NCBI GenBank assembly: GCA_951406725.2
Contig: OX597835.1
Location: 1,178,001 to 1,242,000 of the forward strand
Origin: Octopus vulgaris
Lineage: Eukaryota
DNA length: 64,000 bases
Direction of reading: 5' to 3'
The position numbers and the translations under genes were made by a program. A model generated the notes under the pieces. The model did no database searches. It was not told where the DNA came from and saw nothing but the letters and a program-made list of their open reading frames with translations. How positions within the stretch are numbered: position 1 is the stretch's first letter; each line of letters begins with the position of its first letter. This document shows positions 26,301-39,479 of the stretch, piece after piece.

Positions 26301-26335
26301 TATTATTATAATAAGTTTTCTCTCTTTTTTACTAA

Positions 26336-26434
<99 letters not shown>

Positions 26435-27443
26435 TGAGTATCATTTAATATGTCTGTTTATGGATTCAGCCTTAGTTGAGGGAAATTTCGTCAGTGTGTC
26501 TATACTGACTGAAGCCAGGTGTGTTGGCAAATATGATTAGGTGTGGTCAAGTTCAATATCAGGTGACTTTTCACTCTTTTACACCATTTCAGTTCAGTCA
26601 CCTACTTTTAAATTCACCTGGTTTCTATGTGGAAAATCTTTTCCTTCGTCTGTGTTGCTATCATCACTGATTAAAGCAATTTCTTCTTCCCCTCTGCCAC
26701 CATTATCAACATTCCTACCTGCACCACTCTACACGTGCTACTGCTACCACCACTACCACTACCACTACTGTCATCCACCACAGCCAGTAGCACTATTCTT
26801 ACCAACGGCAATAAATGCCACTATCACCACTAATACTACTACTACTACTACCAACACCTCAACCACTGTCACCTCCTTGCTTTCATCACAACCACTAATC
26901 ACCCTCTTTGCTGATTCTCCCTCTCATACCATGACCATCACCACCACACTATTAAGCAATCAATCATTTATGTCTCGGCCACATTACATGAGATATCAAT
27001 TAATAGACACTCCTTCTCCTATCCTCTCTATAGTGGTGGCCAGGTTAGGGACGTATTTGTGTTTTGTATTGATTTTGCTCATGGCAGATAAAGTGGAAAG
27101 AAGAAAGTAAAAGTTGAAGAGAGAGAGAGAGAACGCCCAAATGAAACTTTTATAAATGGCCAGTAGATTGTGATGGTGGTGGAGGCGATGGTAAGCAATT
27201 AGAGGAATAATTTTTCTGTTTTTCTGATGAGGGAAAATGTGTGTGTGGGAGTAGAGAATGGTTTTGCTACATGTTGTGTTGGAGGAATTGCTTTGACTGT
27301 ATTTGAGTTTAATCTTTCTCATTAAAGTTGTTTCATGCTTCCTTGTTACTTGTTTATGTTTAGTTCAGAGAGAGAGAGAGAGTGTATAGATAGATAGATA
27401 GATAGATACATACATACATTCATTCATTCATTCATTCATTCAT

Positions 27444-27517
27444 TATAGTAACTGGAGAATCCTGTGTATGCATGCGAGCGGTACTGGGATCCATACTTGG
27501 ATTCTCCAGTTAATATA
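27444..27517. repeat. ~70 bp imperfect palindrome
   Basis: TAACTGGAGAATCC ... GGATTCTCCAGTTA perfect 14-bp arms plus partial inner pairing. Confidence 0.85.
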
Positions 27518-27539
27518 AAACACACACACACACACACAT

Positions 27540-27740
27540 AAAGACCCCCATTTGGTCATGAATGGGCATTGCACCTAGAAAGTTCTGTTCCAAGGCACAA
27601 ATCCAGGCAAGAAGATCAGCAGTCTCCCCTCTCTGTTGTCCAAGGGAAAGGAAAAGGCTGATACAGATTTGCACCAGTTATCTCACAACCCATTTCAACA
27701 ACTAAGTGAAAGTATCTTGCTCAAGAACACAACACACAGT
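27540..27740 (-). mobile_element. SINE family 3, decayed
   Basis: AAAGACCCCCATTTGGTCATGAATG...CAAGGGAAAGG...TCTTGCTCAAGAACACAACAC. Confidence 0.75.
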
Positions 27741-27979
27741 GGGAAGAAGGGAATTCATAAATTTTCAAAAAGTTTTTTTCATTAAAAGCTTTTCCCACCC
27801 CATCATCTTCAAGGGTGAAGTGGAAAAAAAAATTGAAAAATCCCTGTCAAAGCAGAAAAAAATCCAACTTATGTGGATGTGCTATTCCAAAACTGTGCCA
27901 AGACATTCCATTACGAAAATAACCTAACAAGGATGGGATACTCAGCTTGTGTATATATATATATATATATATATAAAAT

Positions 27980-28262
27980 GAGTGTAGTGGGTGCTTTTTA
28001 CATGCCCCCGGCACAGGTGCCAGGGGACGCTGGCAATGGCCACGATTGATTGGTACATAAAAAGCACCAGCCAATCGTGGCCATTGCCAGCATCCCCTGG
28101 CACCTGTGCCGATGGCATATAAAAAGCACCCACTACACTCACGAAGTGGTTGGCATTAGGAAGGGCATGCAGCTGTAGAAACACTGCCAGATCAGACTGG
28201 AGCCTGGTGCAGCCTCCTGGCTTCCCAGACTCCAGCATGGAAAACGGACATTAGATGATAGT
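27980..28262 (+). mobile_element. RTE-tailed SINE (family 4) with 5' fold-back inversion
   Basis: 27980-28056 is the reverse complement of 28064-28140; 3' end GCATGGAAAACGGACATTAGATGAT. Confidence 0.85.
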
Positions 28263-28489
28263 GATATATATATATATATATTAACATATTTAAAAATGAC
28301 CAGCATAGAAAGAATTTAATGTTAATAGATTTATAATATAAACAGGTATTTCATATAGACAGAAATGATGCTTCAGACTTTCACAACAAGGTCTCAGGAA
28401 GTAAAAAATACTATCAATAAGCAGTATTTATGGGAAAAAAAGGGAATAATGATAAACTTATAATAACTCTGCATGTCATTCCGTTACTT

Positions 28490-29310
28490 AGCCCGTTGGT
28501 AACACTTTTATGTTATTAGAGAAAAAGAGGGAGAGAAAAACATCCATGATGTGAGGTAGAAGGAATGTAATTGTAATACTTTCAAGTGATTAGTTGAAGG
28601 GAAAGAGAGGAGAAAAGAAAAAGAGGGAGACAGGAGCATCCATGATGTGAGGTAGGGGGAACGTAATATTTATTATGTGGTTGATAAAGTTAGCTGAAGA
28701 TAGTGATGATATAGAAGAGGAGAGTTAAAAATATAATTTTAGCAGAGGGGTGATGTTCTGATGGTGAGGTTAAAGAAAGGCAGAGAGAGAGAGAGAGATG
28801 ATGATGACGGTAGTGATTGGATAGTGAAAAGTGCTTTTTTTTTTATTGAACTAAGTGTTTTGCATCACATATTTAACGCATGCACAGAAGTGCAATTCCA
28901 TGAAATATGCTTATTTACCTAAACAGTGGTAGTGAGGTAGAATGTTAAAACTTAGGGCACAGCCAGTGTTCAAGGGCAGTTTTTGCCTCGTGGCTTCACT
29001 CTGCATGCTTTAGCTTCATTACTATAGCAACAGTCCAGATACTTATTGATCAGATCTTGTATATATTAATATGCTAAGGCCGAAATGCATTGGTTGTCAC
29101 ATTATTAGTTGAAGGGGAACACAAAGAGCAAAAGAGAAAGAGAGAGAGAGAGAAGTGTTCAGGATATGAGATGTGGGGAACATAATAGCTATTATGTGGT
29201 TAGAAAGTTAGTTGAAGGGAGTGATATTGAGAAAGAGAGTTAGAAATGCAATGTTTGGCCGAGGAGTGATGTTCTGGTGATGAGGTTAAAGGAGAGCAAA
29301 TAGAGGAGAG
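28490..29310. repeat. Diverged local direct repeats
   Basis: CATCCATGATGTGAGGTAG at about 28541 and 28637; block about 28590-28790 recurs at about 29105-29300. Confidence 0.55.
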
Positions 29311-30112
29311 CAGTGATGCTATTGCCAACCAATGCATTACACTGTCACATGGTCACTGTCACATGGTTAATGGAAGTAAGAAGAGAAGAGAAAGAGAGGA
29401 ATGATAAGGACTTGAAGAGAGGAATGACTTGGTTAAAAAGTTTAATGAAGTTAGAGGTAGAGAGAAAAATAGATAAATTTAAAGCGTTTAGCTGTGGGGA
29501 ATTTTAAACATCATACATTCTTGTGACTGACCAGAAAATAACATTTAATATTCAGTTGTTTTTTTAATATCTTCTATCTATTTATCAAGCTATCTATATT
29601 GACAAATAGATCAATAGCCGAATGGAGGAAGGAAGGTTTACATTAGATATGATTATAAACTTATAGATAGAAAGATAGATTTTTCAATGAAAATAGCCAC
29701 GAATGATATTATTTTTCAAAAATTTGTTATTTAAACTTTGTATTGACTCTAAGAAAAGTAGACAAACAAATGAAATGAAATAATCTTGGACTTTCAGAAT
29801 AGCTCACCCAAAACAAGTGGAATTTTCTCTGTTTTGACTGGGATTTTTTTTCCACTACCCACTTGCAAATGATGTAGGGTTGGAGAAGTTTTTTATGAAA
29901 AAGTTTATGAATCCTCCCTCCCCACTTCCAGACCAATTTTGTTTCTGCATTACATACTTATAAAGGTGCCATTACAGTAAAAAAATAAAAATTCTTTTGG
30001 AAAATTTATGAATTTATTTTCAAATCCCCCTCTCACACTCAGTACTGATTTGGGCCATTTTTTTTCTTGCACTATATACTTGAAAATGATGGGAGAAACC
30101 TTGAAGGTTTAA

Positions 30113-30330
30113 CCCTTTTGTTACCATATTTCTGTTGAGATACATTGTGTTTCTTTCAGTTAAATTTAAATATGCAAATTTAGTAAAATAACTTAGTTAT
30201 CATTAAGCTAGTGTTAGGAACATAAATTGTGACTAAGGTTTGGTGGAAGATTTTAATTTAGAACCTTTGAAACTAAAACATTTGTACTACAGAGCTAGGG
30301 GCAGTTTCAGGCAGGTTGCTATTGAAAGGG
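30113..30330. mobile_element. piggyBac-like MITE
   Basis: TTAA|CCCTTT ... AAAGGG|TTAA termini and TTAA target site; 218 bp, non-coding. Confidence 0.75.
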
Positions 30331-30409
30331 TTAAATAAAGAAAAAGTTTTGGAAACGGTAATCACCATCGCAATCTCCACTTACTTTATTTTCAAACATC
30401 CATGCAAGT

Positions 30410-30872
30410 GGAGTGCTCATCCGTGCTAGTGGAGCGCTAAGAGCACCATCCGAGCGTGATCGTTGCCAGAGCAGCTGACAGGCTTCCGTGCCGGTGGCAC
30501 GTAAAGAGCACCATTCAAGCGTGATCATTACCAGTGTCACCTTACTGGCACTTGTGCTGGTGGCACGTGAAAAAAAACATTTGAGTGAGGTCGTTGCCAG
30601 TGCCGCTGGACTGGCTCCTGTGCAGGTGGCACGTAAAAAAAATACCATTTGAGCGTGGCCGATGCCAGTACCACCTGACTGACCCTCATGCCGGTGGCAC
30701 GTAAAAGCACCCACTACACTCTCGGAGTGGTTGGCGTTAGGGAGGGCATCCAGCTGTAGAAACTCTGCCAGATCAAGATTGGAGTCTGGTGCAACCATCT
30801 GGTTCACCAGACCTCAGTAAAATCATCCAACCCATGCCAGCATGGAAAGCGGAATTTAAACGATGATGAGAA
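30410..30872 (+). mobile_element. RTE-tailed SINE (family 4) with tandem units
   Basis: About five units with GTGCCGGTGGCACGTAAA..GCACC; tail CATGGAAAGCGGAATTTAAACGATGATGA. Confidence 0.85.
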
Positions 30873-33459
30873 TGAGAAAACAAATCATAATTTAAAAACA
30901 ATAGTGAAATCTGTTTTAATTTTTTCATTAACCTGGTCCCTCCATAAGTTCTAAAATTTTTGCTTTTTCTCCAAATTTAATTATTTTTTAAAATACAGTC
31001 TGAATCTGCAATTTGTTTGTTTATAATTTCAAAATAATTTTCAGGAAAAAAGATGTGTGATTTAAGGGAGACTTAGCTGTTGTTTCTAGCACATCTCATG
31101 ACCACCTGTTGCCTTATTCATATGTATTGATGTTTTTCAATATTTGTCTCCCCATAAACACATTTAATGGAATGGTGATGCAGTGGTATATTGCTGTTAT
31201 GTGTAAGAAAAACATTTCTACTTACAGAAATAAATTTTTACATGTCTTTTTTAAATCACAGTCACCCTAATGAAATTCCTTCCACACATACACTGACAAA
31301 CACACACACACAGAGCATGGGCAATATACTTTTAGAGAGAGAGAGAGAATGTGGTAAAAATGTATAGAGGGGGATAAAGTTTACCATGAGAAAAGCAAAA
31401 AATGAGAGGGAGAGAATTTTTGTTGCTAAAACAGATTTTGAAATTTTGAAATTAAGTGAAAATTATCAAATTTTTCAAATTGAATCCAAGTTTGTGAGTC
31501 ATTTATTCCAGAAAAATTTTAGAAAAATGTTAACGGTTTAAAGTTTAATCATTTTTATCCAATCGGGAAACAGGATGTGTGTAATAGTTGTAAAATGAAA
31601 GAAAACAGTATAAGATGTGGCTTTAAACAAAATGAAAGCAATGTGTTAGAGTTAACAGATATACAGAGCATGAGTGTCGAAGAGTATGGTAAATATATGG
31701 AGAGAGAGAGAGAGATGCGTTGGTGGTGAAAGATAGAGAGTGGGGGAGTTGTCAGTCTGAAAGTCAAATTATTTCTCATAACATATTTTTTATTATCATT
31801 TATGTACAACCATAACTTTGGGATGCAGATTTCAAAAATCAAATTTGTTTCCCTCGAGGATGCACCATTTCTGAGCCTTTCTGGGCTAAACACACAGAAC
31901 ATAACTACATATATTTATAAAGTAGATCTAACAATCTAGATAAAATAAAATAAAATACACACTTCAGTATTTGCATACACATAACACATACATATCTAGG
32001 TGTGAAATAGATGCTTCACACCTATATATGTAATATATAGGTGTGAAGTATAGGCGTGAAGTAGATGAATGTACATGGGGAGATTTTTGTATTTAAATTG
32101 TGTGTGTTTGTGTTACAGGCTTAAACATGACAATATATTCATTATAGAACAATCATGGTCTTAGGTTCAGTTTGGCTGAGTGCACCATAGCTTCATGTAA
32201 AACAATACCTTGTGAGTGGAATTGGTAGATAGAAACTGTATGGCAGCCTCTCTTACACATATTCATATTTGTGTGTGAAATTGTCAAGTTCACGTCTTCA
32301 TAGGAGACCACCTGAACTAAGAACAGTTTTGTATTTTACATTATGGTAAACATTGCTTCCAATAGTTTTCTGCTTTGAAGTGGAATAAAAGCAGGTAAAT
32401 ATTGGCAGCAGAAATATTGCATTATAAGAAAAATATCAGGAAAATAATGAATGACAAGAACATATAAGTGCTTTAATTGTTGTAATTACCAATTAGCAAA
32501 ATATTGTGCTCAGAATCATTCAGCATTTTTTTTTTTATCTCGACACCTTGCATCAGGTAGTTTCCATAATTATATTCAGGGACTGCAGATTGGGTAATTT
32601 TGGTTGGTGGACTAGAGCCAGGCTTAGTAGGTTACCAAACACTTGCTTAGAGTGTTTGATGTTGGCTTGTTACTGCCAAGAGTGCCTGCCAAAAGCTAGT
32701 GTTGGAACTCTTGAAACAATAGGGTTCATTGTTTTGCAAAATAGACCTCAAAAGTGTGTGGGTTGTGATGGCTTATTTCTTCAAATGTTCCTGTTTCTCT
32801 TGTCTTCTTTGATCTTCAGCTCATAACAATGTAAGCCGTGTACTTGGCATACTTTAAAGGGGATTTATTAAATTGTTGTTTGGACCTTGATTGATCTATG
32901 ATTAAAGACCTCCCAGCCATGACCATCACGTGTTAGCATTTTTAAGACTACATTACCCAATGTATCCTTCGTTTTTTTTTTTGATATAATGGTTGGGTAT
33001 GAGGGTATGAATTGATGGAGATATTTCTTACACGTTTTGCCATCATATAAAGAAGCTGTACGTTGGTGTGCAGCTTGTGTTTTTATACTCGTGGGGTTTC
33101 GTTAGTGCAAACACGTATATAGACATATGGGCACTTGCATGTTTGTTGAGAGAAAGCAGAATCAGTCTTTTGGATATGACCAAAGAACAGATAATTAATT
33201 GGATAAATATCATGGAGATGTCTTAATTTCATTTGACACAGAAGAAAATATTTTCATAATCATGTTTCTGTCAGACTGCAGCGCCAGTTGTCCATCTTTT
33301 TTATTAAATATCACCAATGACAACACGAACATCACTGCTGCCAATTAATAATGACACAATTTCAGCACCACCACCACTACTACCACCACCAGCATCTTTT
33401 TTCTTAACACATAATTACCAAAATATATCTTTAAAAGAATTCTATACATTTATGTATAT

Positions 33460-33640
33460 ATTCTTTTATTTGTTTCAGTCATTTGACTGTGGCCTTGCTG
33501 GAGCACTGCCTTTTAGTTCAAGAAATAAACCCCTGAACTTATTTTAAGCTTAGTACTTATTCAGTCGGTCTTTTTTGCTGAACCACTAAGTTATGGGGAT
33601 GTAAAAACACCAGAATCAGTTGTCAAGCGATGTTGCAGGG
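33460..33640 (-). mobile_element. SINE family 1, 3' half
   Basis: TTGTTTCAGTCATTTGACTGTGGCC...GTTGTCAAGCGATGTTG. Confidence 0.8.
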
Positions 33641-33960
33641 AAATACGGTAATGGATGACTTGTCCAAAAAAAAATAACATTCTTCCACTGCTCAGACCAA
33701 TTCTGTAGGTTTTTACTCCACTTTAAACACTTTGCAACATTTGTTTTTGAAACTAGTGGTTTTCTGATTGCAGCCCTCTCATGAAATTCAGCTTTGTGCA
33801 GCTCCCAGTGAACAGTTTTTGTGGAAACTGGGTTCTCAAGGTGGTCATTAAGCTCTACATTAATTTTGGGAGCTGTACTTTTGTGATCCTTTGGTGTATG
33901 TGTGTGTTTAATTGCCATGGTTGTTGTTTAGATTCAGGTCGGAAATCTTTCTGCCGACCA
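33640..33960 (-). mobile_element. Tc1-like transposase remnant
   Basis: PVSTKTVHWELHKAEFHERAAIRKPLVSKTNVAKCLKWSK...QWKNVIF matches the Tc1 HTH2/linker up to the first catalytic D. Confidence 0.8.
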
Positions 33961-34162
33961 ATGATTGTCAAGGTTCCAGCAATGAAAATCCCACTTTTTG
34001 TATACCTAGAACTATTTTGTCCTGGAAGTTACCTCATTGCCTCATGAGTTCTATGATTTTGAGGGAGATGTGGTTTCTATTTCTAACAGGCTCAGCAACA
34101 CTGTAGAAGTTGTCTCGTTGCCTCATGAGTTCTGTATGTATTTGTGTGCAAATTTGCATGTG

Positions 34163-34201
<39 letters not shown>

Positions 34202-34609
34202 TCTTGTTTGAATTTTAGTTTATTTTTTACCCACTACCTGCTCAGTGCCAACATTGGAAAGAATCATGGAGATTTCTTATCTCCAGTATTGTTATCATCT
34301 GTGCCACATGAATTATGGAATTTTCTCCAAGAATCCATGTTCCTCCTTTGTTTCAGGCAGGTTGATACATATCCTGTTGCTCCTATAATGACGTGTATAA
34401 ATCTGAAAATTTATTATGGGGACTGAATTTGCAGATTCTTCATCAAAGGTCCACAGAAATCTTCCTTTTCTACTGATTTCTATACTGCTCATATTTTTTC
34501 CATGTCTCAAGTGTGTGATTGAGTTTGTGTGTGACAGAGAGAGAGAGAGTAAATTAATCACAGCCTGTGCAATGTTTGCATTTGCCACTTCTTTGTCTCT
34601 CTTGTTAAG

Positions 34610-34680
34610 TTTGTGTGTGTACCTGTGGGTTTTGTGTGTGTACCTGTGGGTTTTGTGTGTGTACCTGTGGGTTTTGTGTA
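34610..34680. repeat. 20-bp minisatellite x3
   Basis: (TTTGTGTGTGTACCTGTGGG)-like unit repeated three times. Confidence 0.85.
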
Positions 34681-34921
34681 TGTCTATTAATCTTTGCATG
34701 TGTTTATGTTCCACATAGATAAATTAGTGTCTATATGCACAATAGCAGTAGGTTTGATCTATGCATAAAGTCTTTTAAATTTCTTAGTTGATTTCTTGTT
34801 CGATTTGGGGAGGAATTTGAACCATCGCTGTAGACAGATGGTTTCTAGGACCAGTTTACTTGGTCGAGCCACCATACTCTTCAATTCCATGTATTTGAAA
34901 TGAGTTGTTTTTCTGTTTCAG

Positions 34922-34997
34922 GTCAAGCTGGATGTGGTGTACCTGCTGCCTGGCTGGTCGACAGTACACTATAGGTTTTCTGCGCTTTTGTAAGCAA
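34922..34997 (+). CDS. TMEM184B: TMEM184B-like coding exon 4
   Basis: TTTCAG|G; SSWMWCTCCLAGRQYTIGFLRFCKQ; CAA|GTAAGT; 76 nt. Not in the ORF track. Confidence 0.95.
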
Positions 34998-35820
34998 GTA
35001 AGTCTTTTTTTCTCTTTTTCCACTTCACTTCAGTTATGCTGAAGATATTACACCACAACCATCAACACAGCCACCACCAACACTAATACCATGGCCACCA
35101 ACCACCTCAATTGCTACTGCAATCACCACTATCACTGTCATAAACCACTACTGCCATCTCCGTCACTACCGCCCTAAGCTGTTTATAAAGCTGAAATACT
35201 AAATAAATTTTACTCTTCTCTTTACAAGTCAACAAGTAACTTGTACATAACTGCTGGAAGTAGCAGTTATATTTCCCTTGAATCACAGTCTGTCATCTTA
35301 AATAAAGAATCATATATTAAACTAAGTGGTCTCTTTATAAGCAAAAAGTTCATAATATTCAAGGTGGGAATACCTTTGAATATAGGTGTGTTGGTTCAGT
35401 ACTGACTTTTGGCTAAACAACATTTGAACTAAATTATAAAATTATTTTACAAGATAATTTTGGCCCCTTCTTGGGTCCTTACTATATTACTTTGTATCTG
35501 TAATGATCCCTGTCTGTAGCTATCTTTCTAGAAATGCTGTTTTGATTTATTAGAAAATCTTCAACAAATTCCATCTGACCCAAGCAAACATTGAATGATG
35601 ATGATGAATATTGATAATATATAGAATAAAAATATATACATCTATATGTTATATTTGTGTGTGTATATATATATATAAATTAATATGCTTGAAAAGACCG
35701 CATTTTACTGTTGGGTGGAAGTTGCTACATGTATCCTTCCACAGACAACAATAAATGGTCAAAGCACAACTGTGCTATGCCGCCACAACAAAATAGTGCT
35801 AATGTATCTCACTACATATC

Positions 35821-35923
35821 CATTATGGCTGATCTTACCAATTGGTTCCTCACTAGGAATTCACAGAGTGTTAGGTAACAATTTGATTATGTAACCCAGC
35901 ACTCATCAGAAGTAGCCATTATG
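35821..35923 (-). ncRNA. Degenerate hammerhead motif (CCAATTGG stem III family)
   Basis: Minus strand: CATAATGGCTACTT-CTGATGA-long stem II-GGAA-CCAATTGG-TA-AGATCAGCCATAATG. Extended imperfect stem I, GUA triplet. Confidence 0.55.
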
Positions 35924-36459
35924 GAATGAAACGAAATGTGGTGACTCTTAAACGCTGATGGTATATATATATATATATATATATATGCATACACATACAT
36001 GATGAAAGCTGTTCACTTTTGACCCAGGAAAACCATCACTGGCCATTAAGAACATTGTGCACTTAGACAAAATTATACTTCACATGTGTGGCTCTGCTGG
36101 TGGTTAATGAACCCAGCTCTTGATAGACATAGATGTCGACAGGTATTGCAGACTGAACTTTCCCCATTCACTACACTGATTGTACTTTTCCAAGCAGTAT
36201 GAAAAATGCATGTTTCTTCAAGAATACCCACTCTTTCCTTTACTTGTTTCTTCTATCGCCTCCCTAATTGACCTTCCACACCTCTTATGCCTTCAGCAAG
36301 GACCTTACACAATCCTTAAACTGTAATCTTAGTTTCCACTGGGGGTGCTTTGTGCAAACAAGTTTATCATAGAGTACCGGCTTACGGTTCCTCTCCCTTT
36401 TTTCTCTGGGTAAATTTTGGGTTTTGACTGGAAATTAGGGCGCACATGCTGACATACCT

Positions 36460-36645
36460 CATCATTTAATGCCTGCTTTTCATGCTGGCTTAGGTTGGAT
36501 GATTTGAAGGAGCTGGCAAGGCTGGAGAGCTCATACCAGGCTCCATTGTCTGTTCTGGCATGGTCTCTACGCCTGGGTGTCCTTCCTAGCACCAACCCCT
36601 TTACAGAGTCTACTGAATGCTTTTTATGTGGCACCAGCACTGCTA
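36460..36645 (-). mobile_element. RTE-tailed SINE (family 4) fragment
   Basis: CATCATTTAATGCCTGCTTTTCATGCTGGC..GGTTGGA...GCTTTTTATGTGGCACC. Confidence 0.65.
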
Positions 36646-36752
36646 TCAGTTCCGTTGTGGTGAACAGGTTTTCTTGAGTAGAACAAGGCACCAGATATCT
36701 TGGTCACATACACACATGTGCATACACACACACACAATTTTTTAATTGATAA

Positions 36753-37775
36753 CTAGCATTAAAGACCTGTCGTTGCTGGGTCATAGTGCTAGTGCATGTA
36801 TATATGTGTATATATATATGTGTACATATTACATGCACATCTATATATATACATCTACACATAAAATACAAAATACAAAGTTATATCTTGATATCGCTAG
36901 TGATAACAATACTCAAAATATATAATAGACTGGAATTGTTAGCCCGTCTCTTGTAATTTCAATCAATTGTATCTTGTCCTCCCTCTTGTATAGAAGTGTG
37001 GCTACAATCCAGCCAACCTCTACTTCTTTTGGGGGTGGGGGATATTTTTTTTTTTTTTTCCGGGACGTTCTACGTCTCAGATATAAAGGTAAAAATAAAA
37101 TATTTCCACTTTGCAAGTTCGAGTCGAGTACTCCCTTGCACGCTCCGTTGACTCAAACCTTGCTTCTATTGTGGCGTATTTTCCGCCTCTGGTTAGATAT
37201 CTTTCATAGTCGCACCAAGACACTTTTCGAAGGTGCTATCCTCCATATGTTCAAATCTTTTTTCTCTACGTTGTATACTTTATAGACAATAGTCTTTTCT
37301 TTAATTTAATTTCTTATTATCCATCTGGACTATTCCATTTCTGCACGCTAATTTTATTTTTAATTTATTCCCATTCATGTGAAACCACTTATTCAAGTTC
37401 AAGTCATTGATGCAATTTTATACCAATTGCAATTTTTACTTTTGTTATGTTACTTTACTTTGATTTTAATTATTACTAACTACATATAATTCAATTGTTA
37501 TTATTATTTTTATTGTTAAAGTGAAAGTATCTGACATAAAATAGAGAAATATTTGGTTTCACTTTTAACACGTAATACTGAAATAGTGGAGAAGATATGA
37601 TATTGCTGTGGGCTCGCACTAGGCAAGAAGTTGAAAATGTTTTTGGCCTATGACACTAGATGGACCCTAAGTAAGGCATGTGTAAAATTTGAATGAAATT
37701 GGTTGTGTAGTTCTCAAGTTTTAGGGAAACACACAGACAGACAGACACACATTCTCAGTTTTATATATATAAAGA
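36753..37775 (-). mobile_element. Non-autonomous Helitron
   Basis: Minus strand starts A|TC TTTATATATATAAAA followed by (CTGT)n. It ends with the hairpin GACCCAGCAACGACAGGTC about 11 nt before CTAG|T. No TSD. Confidence 0.8.
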
Positions 37776-39119
37776 TTACAGCAATATGAGAAGCAATGTA
37801 ATTTATTTGACTAATTTTCCAACCTTGCTTAATACTGTAATTAACTCTTAAATTCTCGCTAATCTCATTTATTGCTCCTTCTTTGTTCTAATTCCCCTCT
37901 CACTGGATGAATATTATTTAAACTGTTTCACATCTTAACCAGAAAATGACACACACACACACACACACATGTTTGCACACATAAATACACACAGCTAGTC
38001 TTGCACACAAATGCATGCAAATAGGTCAGCATGTTTGTATGCACAAGCACACATGCAGCTCTGCATGTTTACAGATAAGTGTAGCTGCATGGACAGATGC
38101 CTGTACAGGCTTCTAGCGTTGAACTTGTCCACAATATTTGCAGGGATTAACTACATTTACACACGTCTGAATGCATATAGCCACACACATGTAACTCAAA
38201 CTAAATACACACACATGCCTAAACACATATACACACACACACATACGCATGCATGCATATATGATTTCACTTATACATGCACTTGTGCATGCACACACAT
38301 ACATGATTGCATCTGTACAAATGCTTGTGTACACCCACATAGGATTGCATCTTTTTATATGACTGCACTTCTCGCATACCTGCACACACACACAGCCACA
38401 CTTCTTGCTAACTCTCTCTCTCTCTCTCTCACACACCTGCACACACTATGTCTACCTGTCTCTCCCTGTGTGGTTCTCTATTTTTCTTCTTCCATTTCCT
38501 ACTTTCCGTCTCCTCTCACACCACCCTCTCTACTCTTCTAACCTGTCTGTCTGCCTTTCTCTCTCTCTCTCTCTCTCTGGCACTCTCTCTTTCCTTACTC
38601 TCCTTTTTCATTTCTTCCTCTCCTATCTATTCCACTCCTTGTTAAGCACCCATATACCCACATACAAGCTTACACACATAAACACACCAGTACATTTACA
38701 TGTGCACACTCACAAATAAAGACATCCTCACAAAGTCTTAGCAACTTCCCAGCAAATTGTACAATACTCCCGGTATCAACCAGTAGTTGCATGTGTATAT
38801 AGAGGCATAAATGTGTGTGCGTATAAGTGTGTATGTTTGCATGTATTTAGTATGGATGAGAGAGAGAGGGAGAGAGTGTGTGTGTGTAGGTTTTGTTGTT
38901 ACCATTGCTATTCATCACCACTAAAAGCCCACCACCCACAACCACCACCACGAATATTGATTGTCTTTCAAACAGTCAGTGAAGCAGTCCTGTCTAGAGT
39001 AAAGACAACAATAGAAACATGATGATGTCAGTTTGTGATGTGGAGCAACATCTACAATTTGTATAGAAAATTAAGGTTGAAAATTTAACCCCAGAGCAGC
39101 CCTTTGGTGTAGGATTTAT

Positions 39120-39240
39120 TCTTTGTAATCCTAGTTCTTATTCTATCAGTCTCTTTTACCAAACTGCTAAGTTATGGGTAGGTAAATACACCAGCATCGG
39201 TTGTCAAATGATGTTGGGGGGACAAACACAGACACACAAG

Positions 39241-39284
<44 letters not shown>

Positions 39285-39425
39285 CGATGGGCTTCTTTCA
39301 GTTTCCATCTACCAAATCCACTCACAAGGCTTTGGTCGGCCTGAGATACTCACCCAAGGTGCCACGCAGTGGGACTGAACCCGGAACCATGCGGTTCATA
39401 AGCAAGCTACTTACCACACAGCCTC
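39120..39425 (-). mobile_element. SINE family 1
   Basis: Matches 5461-5853. Confidence 0.88.
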
Positions 39426-39479
39426 TCTGATGATATATGGCAAATTAAAGGTGGTGGAGGCCTTATACAATTAGAAAAC

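Noticed and set aside
26541-27110. 189-aa Thr/His-rich ORF in intron 3
   Set aside because: Built from (CAC/TAC)n low-complexity sequence, has no recognisable domain and is not needed for the spliced frame.
30680-30770. Possible twister or pistol ribozyme in family 4 SINE
   Set aside because: Partial resemblance only; I could not place the conserved twister L1/L4 or pistol core nucleotides.
31995-32070. Short hairpin and direct repeats CTTCACACCTATAT...ATATAGGTGTGAAG
   Set aside because: Small local duplication/inversion with no further support.
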